Virus record (IMG/VR): IMGVR_UViG_3300024272_000023
Direction: 5' to 3' (one strand)
Source of the DNA: a virus
Taxonomy: Duplodnaviria > Caudoviricetes
Length of the DNA stretch: 64,000 bases
Below are positions 31,648-41,415 of this stretch, in pieces. The translations under genes and the position numbers were made by a program. The first letter of the stretch is position 1; each line of letters begins with the position of its first letter. The notes below the pieces were generated by a model, which had not been told where the DNA came from, did no database searches, and saw nothing but the letters and a program-made list of their open reading frames with translations.

Positions 31648-34600
31648 TGGACCAAAGAACACTTAACATCATCTACATCTGCAAAGGTCACACAAAGTAT
31701 TGGGACGGCGTTGAAACATACTATGATGCTATTCGCAACTATATGGCAGATGAATGTGCATATAGACCCGAATGGTATACGGACGGACAAATCTCAAACT
31801 TCTTGTATGAGGCATTAAAGGACTATATAGATTATTGCAATAAGCCGAGCTTCATTCTGTGGTATTTAAAAGATATTATGGATAGATGGGATTACGACAT
31901 ATATCACGCAATACCCATTGTGTTTGCAGATTTGCAAGTTAAAGACGACAATGACAACTATGTCAACGGCTTTGACGATAGAATTCACGCACTTGATAGG
32001 AGGAACTCAAATGAAAGCTAAATACAAACACTACGGTAACGAATGTATCATCTATGACGCAGTATATTGCGATGATAATGTAGTTACAACTGTTCGCTCA
32101 TATATAAGCGGTTGGTTTGATGCGGCACCTGAAACAACAACGAAGGTATGTCTCACAAATGCAGAAGCAAGACGTTTGTTCTTCAATATCTGCGATGAAT
32201 TTGAAAAACAACGCTACGATTGCGAATATAAGGAGACGAGCACATGATATATCTAATTAAACACATCAAATAAAAATGTAATTTTAAGTGGAGGAAAATT
32301 TATGTTGACAAGAGAAGAACTGAAAAATGCAAAGAACAATGTTATGATAATTATGGAAAATCGTATAATGCAAATGACAAATTGTGATAGAGCAACGGCA
32401 AATTTGGTTGCTAACGAGATTTTGGATTTGGATAGAGAAAGTGAACAGTTGTTGAACAACGAAGATTAAAAGGATAATTTTATAGGGAGGTAATGATATG
32501 TTTTACGGAAAAGATTGTAATTATGCTTTTGCATTTAATAATGAAGAAGATTTTGATGTGTTCTTTGTAAAGAATAAGGAAGATAGAAACAAGGATATTT
32601 GTGACTTGTTGAGTGACCATTGGAATAGTGTTGATACTTGTATCTTGTGGGCAGGTTATCAGTTGTTTATTGAAGCAGATTGGAAATTTAATTGGGAACG
32701 AATTGTTATCCAGAACGCAGATGTAGAAATTGAAATGGAGTTTAGAACACAAGACGAACTTGTTGAAGCAATGTGGGAAACTCTTACCGACATTAACATT
32801 GATGAAGATGAATATACAGAACAGAATTGGTTTGTATTCCCTGTTGGAACTCACAGAGATGATATCTGGCATTGGTTTGACGAACACCATAGCAAGGGTG
32901 TAGGTTGGCTTGTAAATGAATACGAAGGATAAAATGACGATTTTAGAGGGTAAATGTATATGAAAAAAGTAGATTTAGAAAATGCTATCAATAATTTGTT
33001 AAAAAATAATAAAGAAAACTTAAGGCATCATGACAATGAGTACGATAAGGGATATGCAGAAGGTTATCATGATGCGCTTGTAGATGTAATGCTTAAAATG
33101 GGTATTGATACAAACGAAGAATGGTTTAATTAACCATATAAAAGATGATTTTAACTTGGAGATAAACATATGATTATGGAAATTATTTTGATGGTTTGTG
33201 GAGCATTTTGGATTATCTTTTCGCTTCTTAATAATACAAGGAACATTAAGTCTGCAATTTTTTTTAAGGTTATTCCTTTCTTTACAGGACTTGCAGCTAT
33301 TCTATGTGCAATGGATTTGTTTGGTTGGGTAAACATTTTTTAACCACATAAAAGAGTGATTTTAAAGGAGGTGATACTATGAACCACCCCATCCACCCCT
33401 GCATCAATTGCATCTACTTCAAGGCTTGCGGCGAGACCACTCGTACAATGCCTTGTGAGGGTAGAATGACTAAGAGTGAAAAGAAGAAGGAGATGAGAAA
33501 ATGAAAAATATAAAACACTCCTGCGGTAGCTGTGTCGATTGTAAAGCTTGCGGCAAAGTTATCGTCACTATACCTAGTAAGAAGACTAAATCTGAAAGAA
33601 AGAAGGTGTAACGTGGTAAATAAATATGAAATCATAGGCACCGATAGAAGATATTATACAAAAGAATGTTATGGGCAGTTCGACAATTTAAAGGACTGCC
33701 TTTTTCATATGGAATCATTAAATAGAAGCCTTGGAACTATTATAAAGTTCAAATGGCGAGAAATAGAGGAGAGATAGTAATGAACAAGTACACAGAACTC
33801 AAATCCAAACACCAAGCCGAGGTTGACGCATTCCCATTCGGGTTCGCATTCAATCAAAAGCAGTTCGACGAAATGATGACAAAGTGGGGCCTTGACCCTA
33901 AGAATACAGGTGCAATCTTTAGCATTGGCGGCGGTGGTTATATCCGAAGAACCGATGCTGACGCAATGCACAAAATGTTTGATCGCCACGAAGCGGAACG
34001 CAAAGCTGCAATGCAGGATGATGAGTATCTGTATCAGATGTTCAATTATGAACTTGCAAATCACGAGTATGGATATACTCAAGACCTTACCGATACGCTT
34101 GAAGCGCTCGGTTTAACTATAGATGAAATCAACGCAAACCCAAGAATGGCAGATGCTTTGAAGAGAGCAATTGCCACACAGGAAAATTAAAGGAGAACTA
34201 AGAATATGACAAGACGAGAAGCAGCAGAAAAGATATTTAACTACATCAAAGAAAAGAAGTTTACGCCCATCAACATTGAGTATGGCAACTGTTATTTTAT
34301 CTTCGATAAGGGCACAGATGGTGTGGTTCACTTTAATATCAAAGGTTTGCACGGTTGGAAGTTTGCAATGTGGATTGAAACCGATGCAGAGAAGTTAAAG
34401 CACGACGGTTATCCAGACTATCCGGCAGTTCAATTTTTTTGTCAGCACGAATTGAATATTGATAAGTTTAAGCCTTCAAGAAGCTTTTTCAGTGCAGACA
34501 TTAGTCTACAGTATATAGAAGATAAAGATTCGTGGTATCTCTATAAAATAAATGATATATTGCGAATGATTAAAAGACATCCATATGTCGCTTTCTCTAT

Positions 34601-37473
34601 GGATTATAGTGAAGAGAAATTCTATGATGGTTCTTATATTCGTTGCTATTTGAGTCAGAAATTTTACAGAGTCTCACAGGCAATTCGAAAATGGTGGAAA
34701 GACACATGGGTGCGCGTTTGGCACGGCTCAAAGGTTTGGTTTATCAAGAAGTACAAAGTCGTTGATACTGTTGAATTAAGAGACCATAATCACGACGATT
34801 GGGAATGCTATCCAAGATATGATATGAAGATCCATTTCAGAAAAATCTCTGATGATGAGCAAGAACAGGAAAAAGCAGAGATTAAGATGTTGGATAGATT
34901 TTTCCGTAAGAACTACTACAAAAATATGGACTTGATGTTGACCAGAGATGGTATCGAGCATTCATATTCATATTCTATAAAATAACAAGGAGGACTAAAC
35001 TATGACACAAAAAGAAATTGCAATCAGCGCAATGAAATCACTTGACATCTATAAGCCTTACATCAAGGAATTTGAAAAGAATGGCACAGTAACTCTATTT
35101 GAGGGATTCGGAGGTTATTATATCGGAGAAGATAACGAGCCTGAGCTTCTGCATAAAATCAGAGAATTTGAAGCAGAACACGAATGTATTGTATATGCCG
35201 TAACACACGAAATGTTTGAGTTCGGCGAGTGTTACAGTTTTCTTATTATCAGCAAGTATGAGGACGAATGGAAAAGCATTCTGAATTGTATCAAGAACGG
35301 TTATGTTTTTGCATATGCTTGGAACAAAGATGATGATTACTGCAGCGAGTTTGGAGATATCGTTGTTAGGTCATTTGCCGGTGGAATTGCGAGGGTAGGA
35401 TAATGACAAAAAAATGGAAGAATATTCACGAGTTAACGAAATGTATTTCAGAAGATGATACACTAAGTTTATGTACAGGAAAAATTAAGCGTTTATGCTA
35501 TGCACCAAACATTGGCTATTGTAGCTGGATATTTAAGTATAATGGCACTTTGGTATCTCTGTTTGATGCAGGAAATGGACATTATGAATTTCATACAGCG
35601 GTTACGTATATAGACCTTTTGGTTGCAAAAATAACTGTGCTAATCGACCAGGATTAACAACACAAAATGATTATGATATAATATAACTGTCTGGGCGATT
35701 CGGACATTATACGAGCGAAAGGATGATAATTATGGTAAAATCAAATGTTATCTATGCACCACAGAACTACGTTAGTGCAATTACTGGGACTTATTATTTC
35801 TTTAAGCACAAAGAGCATCCCGCAGATGAAATTCAAACTCTTCTGGCTATGAACGATTATGAATTATGGGATTATCCATTGACAGAAATTGATCACATCG
35901 TTGAAAACAATCTTAATGTGGTGCTCGTAGATTGTTCACATTACGAGGGTGATGTATATATTAATGAGTACCGTTGGTTTGAAGTTCCCGAAGATTTTAA
36001 GGATGAAGAAGATGAAGAAGAGGATGAAGAGGAATATGTTCCATCTGCTGAAAACGGCGACTACTCACCAAGTAATCCGTGGGATGCTCCCGGAATGAAA
36101 ATGTCTGATTTTATATAAGGAGGAATAACAATGAAAATATTCAAAATTACAATCGAAGAGCACATATCAGGAACCTTTGAAGTTGAGGCCAATGACATCG
36201 AAGAGGCAATGGAAGTTGCTGAAGAAAAATATAACAACGGAGAGTTTGTACTTGAACCCGGAGAAGTAAATACAAAGCTTATGATGGCGGATGATGGTGA
36301 GGGCAACTGTACTGAATGGAAAGAATTTTAAATTAAGGAGTGGTATGAGTGAATGAAAAACAATTAGCAACTATAATTACGGATGCAATAAATCCAGGAA
36401 TTGATAATAAAGCCTTTTGCGAGGCAATGAGTAGAGAGCATAGGTCTTTACAGTACGATTTTACAAATATGTGTCTTGCTTGGCTTGATGAGTGTCGCAA
36501 GATGTATGAGGAAGGTCGTTACGACGGCAGGAATGAGTATGCTTGTAAAACAGGTAAAATCTTGATGGATTATTTCCACAAAGGAGAGTGGAATTGATGA
36601 AGATTTATCTTGTAGATAGAAAACGCTACATCAATGTAACATTCGATGAGGTTATGAATATCCTTTCATCAGGACTTAACCCTAACGAATGGACCCGAGA
36701 CAATATTCAGAAATATTTATTGTATTAACAATACAAAATGATTATAATAAAATCTGAGGAGGAATATAAAATGTCAATGGTTCAAATTATTTCTAAATAT
36801 TCAATAGATGATATGTTATTACACCCAGAAGAATATGTTACAGAAGATGCGGATATGGTGCTCCTTAAGGTATTCGAAGAAGATGTTTCTAATCCAATAA
36901 TGTTAATGTTGGGATATGACGACAAGGCTGATTCTTATTATTTCGTAGTCGAAGATAATGAAGTAAGCGAGGATATATACTGTGAAACAGGAAAGCTTCC
37001 AGAAATGTTCAATTCAATTATGGGCAACCTGTTAAAAGGAGAGATGTAAAATGAAAACTATAGTTGACTATCTACAAGCGAATAAAAAATATGTACATGA
37101 CTGCCAAGACCGTTATTTTGAACTCATATTAGAAGGAGATCAAATCTTACTGAATTACGACGAAGGTTGGGCTGTTATTAAGACCGACCTAGAAGGGTAT
37201 GAAGTAGAAAATGAGATTGCCGAAATTCTTGAAGATCAAAAGATTGAAATCAGATTCTGTGAAGAGTGTGGTAAGTCTTTTGACGCAGGATTTATTGCTG
37301 GCGATGGTGATTGGTACTGTTGCGAAGAATGTTTTGATGACGCCATGGATACAACCTATAGCAAAGGAAAATGGAGACCTTCCGAAAACGAGGGTGAGTA
37401 CGGAGGTTGGTATGAAAACCTTGATGGAGACGAATGGGTAGATACAGGTATTTTCTATACAGAATGGTATTAA
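31644..37473 (+). other. array of about 20 small early-type hypothetical ORFs (e.g. 32498-32932, 33780-34190, 34206-34985, 35002-35403, 35723-36118, 36131-36331 DpnD/PcfM-like, 36349-36597, 37051-37473)
   Basis: Densely packed co-oriented ORFs with GGAGG/AAGGAG RBSs; many acidic. Confidence 0.65.
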
Positions 37474-37486
37474 GGAGGTGGTCTGA

Positions 37487-38749
37487 ATGACCGATATTTT
37501 ATTGCAAAAATTCTTTGAAAAAGAACGTTGGGAGCAGGCGCTTGAGCTTGGAGTTGGTAAGGGAATTGATAAGGGTGAGTTAAGAAAGCTCACTTCTCCC
37601 GAAATCCGACTTGCAATGTATAATGCAATCATTACTGACAACTATGAGATTGCTCCGCCTCATCAAGCGGCTATCCCCAAGGACAACGGAGACATGAGAA
37701 TTGTTTATGTGAATGAGAATGTTGACAGAGTATTCTTGTCTATTGTGAACAATATGTTCTTTGAATTGTTTCCGGAGTTTGTGCACAAATCTTGTAAGTC
37801 ATATCAGAGCGGTATTGGTTGTGGCAAGATTGTACAGGAGGTATCAAGAAATATGGTTAATGTAAAATCTCTTGAAGTTGGCTTTAAAGCAGATTTGACC
37901 AAGTATTTCGACACTGTGCCGCTTAAATATATCGATGAGATATTCGATAGAATGGAGGAAAAATACGGCAAGTCAAAAATCATTGACATTGTTAGAAAAT
38001 ATTATCATGCGGATTTGTGCTTCGACATCAATGGTGATTTGATTGAATATTATCAGTCTCTGAAGCAGGGATGTGCTGTAGCAAGTTTCTTAGCTGATGC
38101 GGTACTATACCATCTTGATGAAGCAGTTAGTATGTTACCCGGCTATTATGTAAGATACTCGGACGACTTACTGTATGTCGGAGAAGAGTGGGGAGCGGCT
38201 TTTCAGGTAGTTAAATCTATCTTGGCAGATATGAATATGACGCTTAATCCTAAGAAAGTTGAGCAGGTGTACAAAAATCGATGGGTTAAGTTCCTTGGAT
38301 TTAACATCAAGGGCGACAAAATCACACTATCCAAAACTCGTGTTAAGAGTTTTCAGAAGGAGATTGAGGCTCGAACAATTAAAAATCGTAAAGTTTCATT
38401 TACCAAAGCAGTCAATAATGTAAACAATTATTTGTACAAAGGTGATGGAAAGTATTCTTGGGCTACCTCAGTACTGCCAATTATCAATGTAGAAAAGGAT
38501 ATCGAAACACTGAATACCTTTGTCATGGACGCCTTAAGAGCCTGTGCAACCAATAAGAAAAAGATTGGTGGTCTTGGTAGCGTGAGTGACCGAGATGACT
38601 ATACTATTCTTCGAGGTACAGGTAAAAATGTGACCGCTAATCGCAATAAGACCGAGAAAGAGATTACAGGTTATTTAACCATTGGCTGTATGCAGAATGC
38701 AATCTTGACAAGGAGGCCTGCATATGAAGCATTAGTAAGAACTATGTAA
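37487..38749 (+). CDS. reverse transcriptase, stand-alone, unclassified bacterial type
   Basis: IPKDNGDMRIV, KADLTKYFDTV, LKQGCAVASFLAD, YVRYSDDLL, LNPKK, FLGF; AAGGAGGTG RBS. Confidence 0.95.
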   Translation: MTDILLQKFFEKERWEQALELGVGKGIDKGELRKLTSPEIRLAMYNAIITDNYEIAPPHQAAIPKDNGDMRIVYVNENVDRVFLSIVNNMFFELFPEFVHKSCKSYQSGIGCGKIVQEVSRNMVNVKSLEVGFKADLTKYFDTVPLKYIDEIFDRMEEKYGKSKIIDIVRKYYHADLCFDINGDLIEYYQSLKQGCAVASFLADAVLYHLDEAVSMLPGYYVRYSDDLLYVGEEWGAAFQVVKSILADMNMTLNPKKVEQVYKNRWVKFLGFNIKGDKITLSKTRVKSFQKEIEARTIKNRKVSFTKAVNNVNNYLYKGDGKYSWATSVLPIINVEKDIETLNTFVMDALRACATNKKKIGGLGSVSDRDDYTILRGTGKNVTANRNKTEKEITGYLTIGCMQNAILTRRPAYEALVRTM

Positions 38750-38758
38750 CGCAACAAA

Positions 38759-38905
38759 ATGATTTGCTGGGCAACGAAAATTCAATAATGAAATCAATAA
38801 TGTAGTTTCGAGGGCGCGGTGCTAGAGGCATCGCTTGGATGGAAACTCATATTGATTCATAATATGAAACCAATAAAGATATGCGCCATCGTTGCGAGCA
38901 ATCAT
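38759..38905 (+). ncRNA. RT-associated structured repeat unit 1
   Basis: Terminal arms ATGATTTGC-TGG-GCAACGA / TCGTTGC-GA-GCAATCAT; TTCA/TGAA; hairpin ATGAAATCAATA...TATTGATTCAT; TAAAGATATGCGCCA. Confidence 0.75.
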
Positions 38906-38919
38906 TCACAACACAGTGA

Positions 38920-39073
38920 TGAATTATGAGACAACTAAATTCAGTAAGGAGGTGATGAAATTCGTGGTGCAGTACCCATGACGGTTTATCAACCGTCCTT
39001 TGCTACTGCTTCCCCGACCTCACCTCCGCTCATGAGACAAATATAGTCATGTGTCACAGTTGTGAGTAATTCA
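38920..39073 (+). ncRNA. RT-associated structured repeat unit 2
   Basis: TGAATTAT-GAG-ACAACT / AGTTGT-GA-GTAATTCA; GGAGGTGA/TCACCTCC, GCAGTA/TACTGC, GACGGTT-TATC-AACCGTC. Confidence 0.8.
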
Positions 39074-39089
39074 ATTCGTAGCATAACGA

Positions 39090-39245
39090 CAAGTTACAAG
39101 GCAACAATATTCAATTCGAGATGAGTTTGATCGTAAAGCCGCAGGAAGATCACTGGGAAATCTCCCAGTATCGACCTGCTCATTTACGGCACTCATCTCC
39201 CATATGAATCAAATAAAGTAATATGCCAACGTTGTGAGTAACTTG
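39090..39245 (+). ncRNA. RT-associated structured repeat unit 3
   Basis: CAAGTTAC-AAG-GCAAC / GTTGT-GA-GTAACTTG; GAGATGAGT/ACTCATCTC, CGTAAA/TTTACG, GCAGG/CCTGC, ACTGGGA-AATC-TCCCAGT. Confidence 0.82.
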
Positions 39246-39265
39246 GACCCCGTAGCATAGCGGTT

Positions 39266-39419
39266 GATTGCAAGATAATTAAATTCATACTACAGGTTCG
39301 TTTAACCAGAGAAGCACGCCCTTCGTGCGGCGATATCACGCCGCTCTACTTGCGTGATGCTCTGGCAGAACCTGTACAAATGAAACTATTAAAGAAATAT
39401 GCCGCAATTATGAGCAATC
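39266..39419 (+). ncRNA. RT-associated structured repeat unit 4
   Basis: GATTGC-AAG-ATAATT / AATTAT-GA-GCAATC; TACAGGTTC/GAACCTGTA, CCAGAG/CTCTGG, CACGC/GCGTG, GCGGCG-ATATCA-CGCCGC. Confidence 0.82.
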
Positions 39420-39434
39420 TTGGAGCACACCAAC

Positions 39435-39587
39435 AGATAACAAGGTAGTTGACTTCAAATCACAGATAAGTAATAAGCTCACACGACGCCATCCACGCGG
39501 TGACTACCGCCTTCTGGCGTCGTGAAAGCTTCTCTTATCTGATATTATGAAGCAAATAAAGAGATGTGCCACAACTATTGAGTATCT
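39435..39587 (+). ncRNA. RT-associated structured repeat unit 5
   Basis: AGATAAC-AAG-GTAGTTG / CAACTATT-GA-GTATCT; CTTCA/TGAAG; CAGATAAG/CTTATCTG, CACGACGCCA/TGGCGTCGTG, GCGGT-GACT-ACCGC. Confidence 0.8.
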
Positions 39588-39611
39588 ATAAAAATAAAAG
39601 GAGGCAATTAT

Positions 39612-40073
39612 ATGTCAATTTACTTAGAACTCATCGAAAGGGTGAGTGAGGGAGAGACCTTTCACATTGACTTTGAAAAAAGAAATATGAAAGTTGGACC
39701 GAGTTATTTAATCAAAGAGGGTGAATTCGATACATCCAAAGAGTTAATTTATGGCACTTATGATGTTGAATTTATACTTCATCAAATTAGACAGCTTTAT
39801 AAGAACTATAAGTATTCGTTGCCGAGTGAAAGAAGCGATGGTAAAAGAAGAAAATATTTTAAAGCACTTCCTATAGAGGAACTTACAGACGAGCAACTGA
39901 TTGTTGCAGGAAGGAGAGAGGTTGCACAAGCAGCACTTGAAGGATTTGTGCTCTGCATGATTATGAGTGGACAATTAGTATGGGATGAGAAAATCATGAA
40001 TGGTACGTGGTTTTATCAATCAGAAATTGACCAGGACTTAGTATTGTTAAGAAGTTGGGTCGAAGGTAAGTAA
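39612..40073 (+). CDS. hypothetical protein embedded in the RT-array locus
   Basis: 153 aa, AAGGAGG RBS directly after unit 5. Confidence 0.8.
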   Translation: MSIYLELIERVSEGETFHIDFEKRNMKVGPSYLIKEGEFDTSKELIYGTYDVEFILHQIRQLYKNYKYSLPSERSDGKRRKYFKALPIEELTDEQLIVAGRREVAQAALEGFVLCMIMSGQLVWDEKIMNGTWFYQSEIDQDLVLLRSWVEGK

Positions 40074-40138
40074 ACAAAAAAATATGCGGTGCTCGGCAAT
40101 ACAGGGCAAATAAATAAAATTTGAAGGAGAAATGAATT

Positions 40139-41053
40139 ATGTTGAACAAGAATGAAAGAATGGCAAAGCTTACTACTATGGGAGTTAATACTAGCAAGTA
40201 TTTTACTATACCACTTGAAAATGGTGGCACTGTATCTATTGTTATTGATGAAAATGGAAATCCTATGAGAGTAAAGGATGATATTGCAAATCAAATCATC
40301 GAGGATGGTTATGTAAGAAACACAAAACTTCACAGAAGATTTGTTATGGCGCAAATGTTCCAAGGTCTTAACTACAAATCTTACGATGGTAGAAAGACTG
40401 GCTATAACGAATGGGTTAAGAGACATAGCCTTAAGTATGCGTTCGATATGATGCTTGAGGAAATCAGAGTTCTTGGTAAGCTTGAAGAAAGAGACAGAGA
40501 GACTTTTGTTGAGAGAGCACATTTCTTCACAAAGGATGTTATTGTTAAAACTATGGAAGATTATGTTGAAAAGCTGATAGCACACATAGACGCAATGCCT
40601 AGTAAGAATTGTAAGGGCGTTCCTTATAAGAGAATTAAGGGAAATAACATTTTCGTAGTAGACATTAGTAAGAAAGTGTATGCACCTCTTACAAATGATA
40701 TTTATAGAGTTAGATATGCAAGCAACTACAATGAGATTTATAGAATTGTAAAGGGATTCATGAAGAATATGATTTCTCTTCCTTACAACACTCCTAAGAG
40801 CAAGGATTGGATTGATGCTTATAAGGGCGCAGGAGCATTCTATACATTAAAGAATCTTGTAATGTTCCATGATTGTGGAATTATTACGACTCGTGGCGTT
40901 GTGGTTAGAGGAATGGATGCAGTCGCATATCTTAATGTAAAACTTGACGAGTACAAGGGTGAAGGATGGAGAATGTTCGCATTGATGAAGAAAGTTATCG
41001 TTGATAATGGATTTGATTTCAAAGCGGCCATGAGAAGAATTTATAATAACTAA
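40139..41053 (+). CDS. hypothetical basic protein embedded in the RT-array locus
   Basis: 304 aa, AAGGAG RBS, followed by units 6 and 7. Confidence 0.8.
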   Translation: MLNKNERMAKLTTMGVNTSKYFTIPLENGGTVSIVIDENGNPMRVKDDIANQIIEDGYVRNTKLHRRFVMAQMFQGLNYKSYDGRKTGYNEWVKRHSLKYAFDMMLEEIRVLGKLEERDRETFVERAHFFTKDVIVKTMEDYVEKLIAHIDAMPSKNCKGVPYKRIKGNNIFVVDISKKVYAPLTNDIYRVRYASNYNEIYRIVKGFMKNMISLPYNTPKSKDWIDAYKGAGAFYTLKNLVMFHDCGIITTRGVVVRGMDAVAYLNVKLDEYKGEGWRMFALMKKVIVDNGFDFKAAMRRIYNN

Positions 41054-41080
41054 TTAATTAATTGTGGATAGATAACGCAT

Positions 41081-41237
41081 AACACATAAGGCATTTCAAT
41101 TCAAGTCAGATCAAGGATGATATGACTATACAGCAGTCATGGCTGGTTATCACCAGCCCCGACTGCTGTTTATTCATCCGTTCTCGATCTCGATATGAAA
41201 CAACTAAAGTAATATCTACAGAAATGCAGAGTGTGTT
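41081..41237 (+). ncRNA. RT-associated structured repeat unit 6
   Basis: AACACAT-AAG-GCATTTC / GAAATGC-AGA-GTGTGTT; AGATC/GATCT, GGATGA/TCATCC, ACAGCAGTC/GACTGCTGT, GGCTGG-TTATCA-CCAGCC; ATGAAAC..TAAAGTAATAT. Confidence 0.8.
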
Positions 41238-41251
41238 GGTATAAGCGCCAA

Positions 41252-41403
41252 TATACACAAGGGAATACAATTCAGATAAGCTGCACAAACTCCTGAAACA
41301 GGATCTTTGCACCTGGTTATCCCCAGGTTTAAGATCCTTTATTCAGGATTATGCAGCTTCACATGATACTGTTAAAGAAAGCTTACAAATTCATGAGTGT
41401 ATA
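41252..41403 (+). ncRNA. RT-associated structured repeat unit 7
   Basis: TATACAC-AAG-GGAAT / ATTCAT-GA-GTGTATA; AAGCTGCA/TGCAGCTT, TCCTGAA/TTCAGGA, AGGATCTT/AAGATCCT, ACCTGG-TTATCC-CCAGGT. Confidence 0.8.
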
Positions 41404-41415
41404 ACAAAAATAAAT

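Noticed and set aside
37300-38900. Group II intron
   Set aside because: The RT starts 13 bp after the previous gene with its own RBS, leaving no room for domains I-III, and no domain V/VI follows the stop.
38946-38981. SD plus 8-codon ORF (AAGGAGGTG-ATG...TGA) in unit 2
   Set aside because: SD is paired with TCACCTCC in the stem, abuts the ATG, and has no equivalent in the other six units.
38759-39587. CRISPR array next to the RT
   Set aside because: No identical 23-50 bp direct repeats, period ~170 bp, variable parts are self-complementary hairpins, and no cas genes in the window.
41106-41312. 68 aa minus-strand ORF over units 6-7
   Set aside because: Antisense to the operon and better explained by the RNA structure.
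37487-41403. Diversity-generating retroelement
   Set aside because: No TR/VR pair differing only at adenines was seen, no recognisable Avd, and the RT lacks the DGR block-4 signature; a target outside the window cannot be fully excluded.
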